A stretch of 64,000 bases of DNA, taken from a virus. The notes beneath the pieces are model-generated. The model saw only the letters and a list, made by a program, of their open reading frames with translations. It ran no database searches and was not told the DNA's origin. Of the stretch, positions 39,619 through 48,392 are shown in pieces; position 1 is the stretch's first letter; the number at the start of each line of letters is the position of its first letter. The position numbers and the translations under genes are program-made. Location of the stretch: positions 2,603-66,602 of IMG/VR virus record IMGVR_UViG_3300047476_001180. One strand, written 5' to 3'.

Positions 39619-42600
39619 ATGCTAGATTCGCACGTAGACGCTTTTTATAAAATTCTTTTAGAAAAGAATTACTCATATTTTATTCCTCAAGACAAAGAGC
39701 TTCTTCTTTATGATTTTTATATGTTAGTTCATATGAGTGCCTTGGATAAAGAAGGTAGGTTCGAACCAGGAGATAAAAAAGATCCATATGGACAATTGAC
39801 ACGAACTTCGACATTATCAATGGGTCTTTCCGAATCTACTAAATTCTCGTTTGAAGAGATTAAAAAACAAGTAATAGATTATTTACAACCAGAGCTTCTA
39901 GAATCTGCATTTTATGCTATATCTTGTGAAATTCGTCACGTATTTGATATAAATACAATACCTGAAATTGTATCTAAATTAAACGATAGTTCAGACTTTT
40001 TTCGCAATTTCCAATATAATTATCAAAAATTGAAGAGTATGCAAGCATTCAAACGTAATACCAGTGGAATGCAGGATATCTTCGATAAAAGACGTAGACA
40101 ATTTAATAAAAAATATGATATAGTTAAAAAAGAAAAAAACCCTTCAAATTTGCAGTATCAAATGTCCTATAAGGCAGTTAAGAAGACATTAAAATCCATT
40201 AATATGTCTGAGATAGATTTTATAAGATTAGCAGAAAGATCATTTAATGAACTTACATGGAATAGGAGTTATGGCGGAAAGGCATGGGCTAGTATATGTG
40301 ATGCTTTTCAAAAATTGTATTATGCAAAGCGTGAGGTGGACCAGATAATTTTTATAGATAACATGTATCATCAGCAACACAATACAGATACTGTGTTTAA
40401 TAAATTACAAAGTTATTATAAAAATGGTTACAGTTGGATACTATCTGCATTGAATTTTAAAGCAGATGTGAGAGATACTTGGGATCGTGTTGAACGTATT
40501 CGTAAAGTTACTGGAAATAAAATACGAAATGTTGATAAGATGTATATCGAGATGTTGAAAGCATCTGGTGATAAAACATGGCAACAATATTACAAAATAG
40601 AAAATAAGACTGATGAGCAGAAGAAGCTCGAAGATGAATGGCTAGATGATCTCGGTCTGACTGATAGTTCTTCTTCTTTACCCTCTAAATTAAAACAGAA
40701 GTATCATAATCTTGCAAAGGAAGGTATTATTAAATTCAATAATCATTTCAAAGATGGATATGTATATATGGGGACAGGAGACGACAAAGAAAAAAGTATT
40801 GAACAGGATTTGACGACAACTATACCCGATTTGATATCTAAATATGGATATCAAGGTCTTTACATAGAAGGCGCGAAGGGAAAGATGTCAGATGATGCGA
40901 TTTATTCAGGTACAGACGCAGATGGTGAGTATTTCTTAGATGTAGAAACTTGGGAAAAAATATTCGGATCATTACCTTCTAAAGATAAAGTCGCAACTAA
41001 AGACAATAGCTTAGAGAAATTTAAGGAAGAATTTATAAATTATGCAAAACACGGTATAAGAAAAATGTCAAATATTTTAGGTGATAGATACGTCTATATA
41101 GGTAAAGGATCGAACAAAAAAAGCATTAGAGAACAATTAACAACCCATTTTCCGCATTTACATAATAATATCACAGGTAATATTGGAAAAATGTTTTCTA
41201 CGGGTTCCATAAGTATGGGATATTCAGGCTCTACGCCTAATTCTGATTATGTGATGGATAAAACAGCATGGGAAAATATCTTTGGCCCTTTATCTGACAT
41301 CATAACTAAAAAAGATAAAGAGTTACTTGCGAAACTGGAAGATGATACCTCTAGAAAAACATTAGAAGACTTCAAGGAACTGGGGCCGAGTATATTTCCA
41401 AAAGAACCGAGCATCGTAAACGGTAATTTTATATATACGGGGAGAGGTAAGGATGTGAAAAACCTTTTAAATTCTATAAAGAATAATAATTTAGTGTCCC
41501 TCTTGAAAATCCATTATGCGACACGTTTTAAGGACTGGGCTGTTGATCCGATTTCATATAAAGATTTAGAGGATGATTACTATACTTGTATCGCATTGAG
41601 CGATTGGAACGATTTAGTACATATACTCAAGAACTCCCAAGTAGGTGATAAGAAACCGAAACCACCAGTTTCATTTGATAGAATTAAAGAATATGGAAAA
41701 ATATTATTCACTGTATCAACGGGTATACTAACTGGATCATATGTATATGTAGGTTTAGGAAAGGACTCAAAGAAATATATAACAACACTAAGTCCTAATT
41801 ATAAAACAGACAAAACTTATGTGGTATACCAGTCAGAACTAACAGGAAAGCTATGCGAATGGAAACCGGTAAAAACCATGGACAGTATAGAAGATAACTA
41901 TCATATTTGCGTAGACCACAAGTACTGGGAACTATATTTTAAAAATAAAGAATCTAATAAAAAAAGAGAACTACCCGAAACAATCGAATATTATAAGAAA
42001 CTTGCAAAAGAAGGTAAGAAGAAATTTAATGATTCACATGTGACTAATATGAATGTTGTATATGTCGGACACGGACAAGCCGTTAAAACCGCAATAGACC
42101 ATGGCATACTCCCATATGATACAGAAGATGATAAAAAAGCATATGGGAAATGGTTAACAGTGGGAAAATGGGAGCCATTAACGACTCTTTCTGATATTTC
42201 TTTTGCATATGATGTGTGGATGCTGAATCATCAATGGGTAGAATTGTTCGGTCCTATTGCAGATTTAAAAGATAAGATAGACAAGAAAAGAGTACCTGCA
42301 AGTGCCCGTGCAAAATTTAGAAAAATCGCAAAAGAATATTTAATGGCGGGTAAGTTCTATCATAATTATAAAAAACAACGTCTTATTTATATAGGCGATG
42401 GGGACATATTAAATGCTGATCCAGATATCCCTAAGATATTAACCTCTGAATATATATATGGTGCTAGTAAGGTGGATGACGATAATGAAATATATTTAAT
42501 GAATGGTATGAAAGGAGATAACGGAGGTATAAATTATTTTACCACTGAAGATAAGTGGGAAGAGTTGTTTGGTCCCCTTCCAAAAATAGAGGATAGTCAA

Positions 42601-42915
42601 TCACAGGTAGTTAGTGACGAATATAAAGAATATATGATTATGGCAGCAGAAAGCGGTTATGAATCAGATTATTTCGAACTGATAACGAAGCATGGCTATA
42701 TTTTTATCGGTAATAAAGGTCAAGAATACTTGAGGGAGATTTTAAAAAGGGGGGCTAAAATATATGCTCATAATCATAGCGGTCTTAAAGTACAACCGAG
42801 TGATATGTTTCAAATTTATGATGTATTTAAATATTCACACCAGAACCTTTTCATAAAAAAACGCGACTGGATAAAAATAACCGGAGAACTTCCCCCACCA
42901 AACCTTACATTCTAA
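39619..42915 (+). CDS. Large protein with ~7 tandem ~100-aa C-terminal repeats, CTS-like N-terminus
   Basis: Repeats Y(V/I)YxGxG ... WEx(I/L)FG(P/S)LP; N-terminal domain with YGGKAWASI. Confidence 0.8.
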   Translation: MLDSHVDAFYKILLEKNYSYFIPQDKELLLYDFYMLVHMSALDKEGRFEPGDKKDPYGQLTRTSTLSMGLSESTKFSFEEIKKQVIDYLQPELLESAFYAISCEIRHVFDINTIPEIVSKLNDSSDFFRNFQYNYQKLKSMQAFKRNTSGMQDIFDKRRRQFNKKYDIVKKEKNPSNLQYQMSYKAVKKTLKSINMSEIDFIRLAERSFNELTWNRSYGGKAWASICDAFQKLYYAKREVDQIIFIDNMYHQQHNTDTVFNKLQSYYKNGYSWILSALNFKADVRDTWDRVERIRKVTGNKIRNVDKMYIEMLKASGDKTWQQYYKIENKTDEQKKLEDEWLDDLGLTDSSSSLPSKLKQKYHNLAKEGIIKFNNHFKDGYVYMGTGDDKEKSIEQDLTTTIPDLISKYGYQGLYIEGAKGKMSDDAIYSGTDADGEYFLDVETWEKIFGSLPSKDKVATKDNSLEKFKEEFINYAKHGIRKMSNILGDRYVYIGKGSNKKSIREQLTTHFPHLHNNITGNIGKMFSTGSISMGYSGSTPNSDYVMDKTAWENIFGPLSDIITKKDKELLAKLEDDTSRKTLEDFKELGPSIFPKEPSIVNGNFIYTGRGKDVKNLLNSIKNNNLVSLLKIHYATRFKDWAVDPISYKDLEDDYYTCIALSDWNDLVHILKNSQVGDKKPKPPVSFDRIKEYGKILFTVSTGILTGSYVYVGLGKDSKKYITTLSPNYKTDKTYVVYQSELTGKLCEWKPVKTMDSIEDNYHICVDHKYWELYFKNKESNKKRELPETIEYYKKLAKEGKKKFNDSHVTNMNVVYVGHGQAVKTAIDHGILPYDTEDDKKAYGKWLTVGKWEPLTTLSDISFAYDVWMLNHQWVELFGPIADLKDKIDKKRVPASARAKFRKIAKEYLMAGKFYHNYKKQRLIYIGDGDILNADPDIPKILTSEYIYGASKVDDDNEIYLMNGMKGDNGGINYFTTEDKWEELFGPLPKIEDSQSQVVSDEYKEYMIMAAESGYESDYFELITKHGYIFIGNKGQEYLREILKRGAKIYAHNHSGLKVQPSDMFQIYDVFKYSHQNLFIKKRDWIKITGELPPPNLTF

Positions 42916-42930
42916 TTTATAAATATCAAT

Positions 42931-43323
42931 ATGACAAAATTATTCAATGAGTATGTGTCCAACATTTTAGAGAAATGTTGGAAAGGATATAAACAAAAAG
43001 GAATGAAGAAAAAGGGAAAAAGAATTGTTCCTAATTGTATCGAAGAATATCATATAACTGGCGAGGATTTTCAGAGAAAATTATCCCTTGCGGTTTCTGG
43101 TAAAAAAATAAAACTTAAACAATGGGGATTATTCACTGAAATAGATGCAAGTCGGAATGATATTCAAGAAATCTTGAAGAATCTCAAAAAGCAGGGAATT
43201 ATATCTTTTTATCAATATCCTGTGAATGATCCTGCAAAAATTCTTTTGTTTAAAAATGTTCAAGACGTAAAAAGATTATTGAGAGCCGATCCAAATGCAC
43301 TGCAAGGATTTGTGAATTATTAA
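42931..43323 (+). CDS. Small late protein with CWKGY...VPNC module
   Basis: MTKLFNEYVSNILE/KCWKGYKQKGMKKKGKRIVPNCIEE. Confidence 0.75.
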   Translation: MTKLFNEYVSNILEKCWKGYKQKGMKKKGKRIVPNCIEEYHITGEDFQRKLSLAVSGKKIKLKQWGLFTEIDASRNDIQEILKNLKKQGIISFYQYPVNDPAKILLFKNVQDVKRLLRADPNALQGFVNY

Positions 43324-43324
43324 T

Positions 43325-45316
43325 ATGAAATTTGAAGAACTCTATAACACACTATTATTAGAAAAAGATAATAGACCAAAAATATTAAAATTAGGAATAC
43401 CACAAAATGTAGCAGATTATCTACATAGTCTAAGTGATAAATATTCTTTATGGTTTGCGGATAAAATCGCACGTATGCCTGATTATCAAACTGCCCGTGA
43501 TAAATTTCGTTATGTGCATAGCCTTCAGACACAAATACAAGGAATTATAGATTGGATCAGAGGGGCACAAAATATTCCAATTAACAACTTTGATTGGAAT
43601 TCTGCACTCAATGCCTCCCGAGAATGGCACGAAAAACTTACCATATCCAATACGTCCCGCGAAACCAATACTATATTGAAAGAATATTCTGATGGTTATT
43701 ATTGGGTAGATTTAGAGAGTTCTTCTGATACTTGTGAAAAAGGTGCAATGGGTCATTGTGCAACGACTAGTAAAGGAGATACATTATACTCTCTTCGAAA
43801 ACATAATAGATCTACTAATGAAATTGAATCGTTTATAACTATTGCAGTTTCTCCCGATGAGGGAACTTGGTTTCAGTGTAAAGGAAGAAAGAACTCAAAA
43901 CCAAAAGAAGAATATCACAAATATATAGTAGATATATTTGTTACTAAAAATATTTTTAAATTTAAAACTGAGTATGATTCGAGTGCCGATTTTAAACCTG
44001 AAGACTTTGTGAAGTTCTTGGAGGAAAATCCAGATATATATGATAATACCAATGAACTTATAGAGAAGGTTAATGAGGATAAAATAGGATATGAAGATTT
44101 CGAAAAAATCCTAAAACGTTATGAAGAATCTTTTAAATATATTTTTATTACTCTACACGATGACGACTATGATGATAGCAATTCTATTTATACTAGTTAT
44201 TCTGCTAATATCGAAATTAAAAAGGATAGTACTGATCTCACTTTAGATTGTTTAGACGTTTCGACTAAGGCTGCAAAGGATTATTTAGGAAGAATTCTAG
44301 ATGTTAATGTATCAGATGTGGATGTTCAGGAAGGTTATCAAGATAAAAACATAATAAACATATCTATAATTTTAGAGGATGTTGATAATGCTTATAGTAT
44401 GGACGAAGAAGGTCTAGCATCTTTCGAGCGCCAGTGTGAATACTATGACCAGCTTAATGAAAAATTTGACTATGAAGAATTCATGTCAGAACAACTAGAA
44501 AAACTATTAACACTGGATGAATGTATAGAAAATTCATCAATCGAAATAAAGAAAGGTATAGAAAAATTATTTCCTCGAAAAGGTTATTACGAACAGACCA
44601 TTAGAATAGAACAGAAATATCCTAGTTACGATTTAAATTTGGAAATAGTAACGGATAAGAACTTTTATATAGATATCGATAGAGAAGCATATAGTAGTCA
44701 ATCACAGTTACGGTCTTATTATGAAGATACGATTGATATAGAAGCTATTGATAAATTTGAGTCTGCGGGCCTTAAAAAAACAAAAGACTCTGATGTATTA
44801 CTACTGTATATGTTTTGGGATTTTATAAAGAGAAATGTTTTAAAACAATATTCTCAAAACATGAGAATAAGATATTTTAAGTCTCAGAAAAGATTCTATA
44901 TTAGGTTTGTTTATGATTTTGATGAGGATTATGATGTTGATGAAGAATTATATCATGTAAAAAGATTCGTAGACTTTTTACCGCTTATGTCAAATGCATT
45001 TCGGAAATTTATAAATGATGTAATGAGACCGTTCATTGCAACAGTGAAACCCCTTACTATCAAAGACTTTACTTTTGAACCCGGAAACTATGACTCGGAT
45101 TATGTTCATATATACTTAAATGGATACTCCGTAGGTATTGATAATAAGGCTAATATTACTGATGAAAAATTAAAAAATATAATAGCCGATAGAGCAATGA
45201 AAGGAAGTTATGCATTTCTGGACGAAAATAAAGTAAGAAAATGGTTTAATGATAATTTAGATCCTGAGCCACAATTCTCTAGTATGTTTGAACAATATGT
45301 AAAAAATTTATTATGA
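43325..45316 (+). CDS. Hypothetical protein with PcfJ-like N-terminal domain
   Basis: WHE...EKGAMGHCA...LYSLR...QCKGRKNSKP; N-terminus MKFEELYNTLLLE. Confidence 0.7.
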   Translation: MKFEELYNTLLLEKDNRPKILKLGIPQNVADYLHSLSDKYSLWFADKIARMPDYQTARDKFRYVHSLQTQIQGIIDWIRGAQNIPINNFDWNSALNASREWHEKLTISNTSRETNTILKEYSDGYYWVDLESSSDTCEKGAMGHCATTSKGDTLYSLRKHNRSTNEIESFITIAVSPDEGTWFQCKGRKNSKPKEEYHKYIVDIFVTKNIFKFKTEYDSSADFKPEDFVKFLEENPDIYDNTNELIEKVNEDKIGYEDFEKILKRYEESFKYIFITLHDDDYDDSNSIYTSYSANIEIKKDSTDLTLDCLDVSTKAAKDYLGRILDVNVSDVDVQEGYQDKNIINISIILEDVDNAYSMDEEGLASFERQCEYYDQLNEKFDYEEFMSEQLEKLLTLDECIENSSIEIKKGIEKLFPRKGYYEQTIRIEQKYPSYDLNLEIVTDKNFYIDIDREAYSSQSQLRSYYEDTIDIEAIDKFESAGLKKTKDSDVLLLYMFWDFIKRNVLKQYSQNMRIRYFKSQKRFYIRFVYDFDEDYDVDEELYHVKRFVDFLPLMSNAFRKFINDVMRPFIATVKPLTIKDFTFEPGNYDSDYVHIYLNGYSVGIDNKANITDEKLKNIIADRAMKGSYAFLDENKVRKWFNDNLDPEPQFSSMFEQYVKNLL

Positions 45317-45990
45317 AATTTGAAGAACTCTATAAAATATACACGCTTTTAGAAAGTCCCAATGCGGTCGTCGATCCAAAGACGGGCAATAAAGTATATT
45401 ATTATAACAATGCCCAATCTTGGAGCGGATACTTAGTACAAACGAACCTGGAAGACTCGGTATATACGGGCTATATATTACACACGGATATTGCAGGAGT
45501 TGCAGGACACGAATATTTAAATTGGATTATCAAAGACGGGGCTAATCCCGAAGACGAATACCATAAATGGTTTAAAAGGCTTAAAACAAATATTCCAATT
45601 GATGATATGCGGAGTCTTTGGATGTCAAATCCGACCATTCAGTTTCGTTTGTGGATTCCTCAAAAGGTTATGTCTTTCTGGCGACCTTGGGGAAAATATT
45701 ATATTCCCGGTATAGAAAATGCATTAAAGGTTATGTTTCAAAAACCTGAAGAATATACCTATGAATTTGACGGGGCTACTGCAAACACTGAAAATGCCGA
45801 TTATGCATGTTATGATTATCAGGGATTATTGTCTGGTGAACGGCTTTCTGCTTTCGATGATCGATTAGCTAAACAGAGAGAAGATGAATGGGAAGAAGAT
45901 AAGAAATTACTTGCTCAAATTAAAATGGGTATGAAACCCGCTTTAAATAATAAACCCCGATCTATCTTTAATCAAGGCGAAGGGGATTAA
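45313..45990 (+). CDS. Hypothetical protein, paralog of the N-terminal domain of 46000..47022
   Basis: MKFEELYKIYTLLE/SP; H...RLW..KVMSFW pattern. Confidence 0.75.
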   Translation: MKFEELYKIYTLLESPNAVVDPKTGNKVYYYNNAQSWSGYLVQTNLEDSVYTGYILHTDIAGVAGHEYLNWIIKDGANPEDEYHKWFKRLKTNIPIDDMRSLWMSNPTIQFRLWIPQKVMSFWRPWGKYYIPGIENALKVMFQKPEEYTYEFDGATANTENADYACYDYQGLLSGERLSAFDDRLAKQREDEWEEDKKLLAQIKMGMKPALNNKPRSIFNQGEGD

Positions 45991-45999
45991 GTATATTTT

Positions 46000-47022
46000 A
46001 TGAATTTCCAAGAGTTATATAATTTGATACATGAATCACCTGATAATGCAGAGTTTTGGATTCCCACACAAGGTTTAAAAGATCACATTGAAGTCGATTA
46101 TGAGGCTGAAGAGGCTTATACATTTATCATATTTAAGGGGCAATTATTTTATGCATACACTTCCGATTATTATCACGGAGAGATGATGCATAACATTGCT
46201 GCCTATTTTTTAGGGGATACATATCTTCCTTCCGATATATATAAGATTGGAAAAATTTCTGACAAAGATTTGGAAAATTTTCAATTAAAAGAACAGAGAA
46301 TATGGAACCGGTCATCGCTATTATCTGCATATCCCGATGTTATCCAGGGTAGAAGTTGGTACGGGGATCGCGGAGGACTTATCTCTGTTTGGAATGATAT
46401 TAAATATATTACCCCCGAATATGTCCAACTTATCAAACAATTCATAAAAAAGATCTACGATAAGGATCAAGTCTATCTAGAAGCTGGACATGAAAATAGT
46501 ATTCTTATAGATACATTATTACATAATATAAAACCCGAAATCAAAAACAATTTCGATACCTCTGTTGTACATCTCGCCCCACCCGAAAAGAAAAGAGAAA
46601 TGCTTCTAAAAATGGGAGCAAAACCAAAAATTCCCTTGGACTTAAAACAAAGACAAGCAATAATGGGGGAGAGTTCTAAACGATCTATACCAATCGATTG
46701 GGACACCTTAAATTATGAATTTTCCGAAACAGTTAACAATGAATATAAACTAACTTTCTTTAATAAGAATGGTGCAGTAGGATACATAGAATGGGATATG
46801 GACGACGGAGAAGTTAGTAAAATATATGTAGGAGATATATACCGTCGGCAAGGAGTGGGAACATATATATGGGATGTTGCACAGGAATATGCAAAAGATA
46901 ACCGTTTAATACAACCCGAACATTCTTCCAAACGAACCCAAGAAGGAGATGCCTTTGCACAATCTATCGGAGGTTATATTCCGTCTCTACGAGACGATGT
47001 TGATGGCTGGAGTTCAAGATAA
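46000..47022 (+). CDS. Two-domain protein with C-terminal GNAT acetyltransferase
   Basis: GNAT motif A IYVGDIYRRQGVGT and TQEGDAF; N-terminus MNFQELYNLIHE/SPD. Confidence 0.8.
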   Translation: MNFQELYNLIHESPDNAEFWIPTQGLKDHIEVDYEAEEAYTFIIFKGQLFYAYTSDYYHGEMMHNIAAYFLGDTYLPSDIYKIGKISDKDLENFQLKEQRIWNRSSLLSAYPDVIQGRSWYGDRGGLISVWNDIKYITPEYVQLIKQFIKKIYDKDQVYLEAGHENSILIDTLLHNIKPEIKNNFDTSVVHLAPPEKKREMLLKMGAKPKIPLDLKQRQAIMGESSKRSIPIDWDTLNYEFSETVNNEYKLTFFNKNGAVGYIEWDMDDGEVSKIYVGDIYRRQGVGTYIWDVAQEYAKDNRLIQPEHSSKRTQEGDAFAQSIGGYIPSLRDDVDGWSSR

Positions 47023-47031
47023 ATATCTAAA

Positions 47032-47898
47032 ATGAATTTCCAAGAACTATATGATATCCTAATCAATGAAGATGCAATAGAGAATATTGATATCCAAGGG
47101 GATTGGAATGATAATAAACTTCATGGCTATGATAAAGCATCAATTAAGATGATGCAAAATCCTCTACAAGCTGAACGCATCAAATCTAAATGGTCAAAAC
47201 TCGAAACCCCTATCGATCTATATATCGTCAAAGGAAAAAATTTACACAAATTCTATGAATTAGGTAGAGTTGATTATTATTTTGTAAGAGATAAAATGGG
47301 ATTGAATATAAATCACAATGATGACCACATCACTCTTATCTTAACTAACAACAAAGGAGATGAAAAGATTCCGTTAACTCCTTGGACAATTGCTCATAGA
47401 TTCGGACATGCATTTGCAAAGGATACAGTTCAAAAACAAGGCTCTGATTATTTCTACAATCAAGTGAGAGGAACTGTGGAAAAATTATTTAAAGAGATTG
47501 CTCGTATCGTATATGGTCTTAAAACTCTAGATAGAAGAGTTTCTACTGGACCTTATTCTTCTATAATCACACCTGATAGAGAGTTGAAGAAACTCCTTGC
47601 CCAAGCATTGGGAACATTCAAATCTGCAAGAGACAACAATATAAGAAATTCAGAAGAATTTACTAACGAGCTTATTGCACAATATATTATCACCGGAAAG
47701 ATAGTATTAAATTCTGAATTACCGAAAATGTTAATTCGAAAATATGCATGGGGAAAACCTCAAGGGATTAACAAACAACAAATGACCATTGAATTGCAAC
47801 AAGAATTAGAGGATACTATCTATGAGTATCAAAATTCTCTGTTTTATGATATTGAATCACTTTTCACCTCGAATATCGGACACATATTTGTGATGTAA
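47032..47898 (+). CDS. Hypothetical protein with zincin-like HRxxH motif
   Basis: TPWTIAHRFGHA...EFTNELIAQY; N-terminus MNFQELYDILINE. Confidence 0.7.
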   Translation: MNFQELYDILINEDAIENIDIQGDWNDNKLHGYDKASIKMMQNPLQAERIKSKWSKLETPIDLYIVKGKNLHKFYELGRVDYYFVRDKMGLNINHNDDHITLILTNNKGDEKIPLTPWTIAHRFGHAFAKDTVQKQGSDYFYNQVRGTVEKLFKEIARIVYGLKTLDRRVSTGPYSSIITPDRELKKLLAQALGTFKSARDNNIRNSEEFTNELIAQYIITGKIVLNSELPKMLIRKYAWGKPQGINKQQMTIELQQELEDTIYEYQNSLFYDIESLFTSNIGHIFVM

Positions 47899-48392
47899 TT
47901 TATTCTCAAATTTGAGATTTTCCGTACATATACGTGTACGTACAAAAAATTATAAAAAAATTTTTAAAAACGACTTTAGGGAGAATTCTATAGAATTTTA
48001 AAAGGATGTAAAAGATTTTATAAGATTTTGAAATTTAGAAATGTTTTAAAGGCTGTTGCATTTGTGGGGGGTAGGGGTCTGGGCATAGGTATCCCTATTA
48101 GGGAATTTTCCACGAGTATTAATCTATTTTAAACATTTTACCTGGGTATTCCCATTTAAGGAAGCTTCCCAGCCCTTCACAGGGTCTAAGAAGCTTCCCT
48201 ACCCCAAACCACTAGGGAAATGTTCTATGCATTAGGAGTAATGCTGAAAGGTGGTAAGGGTTTGTCACCTATGATACCAGTCAATGACTTGACTGCATCT
48301 AGGATAGAATCGTAATGATGAGCATAGGCTATGGATGGGATGTTTAGGATGAACATATTTTAATCTATGCGCTCTGTATGAACCTCTAAGGG

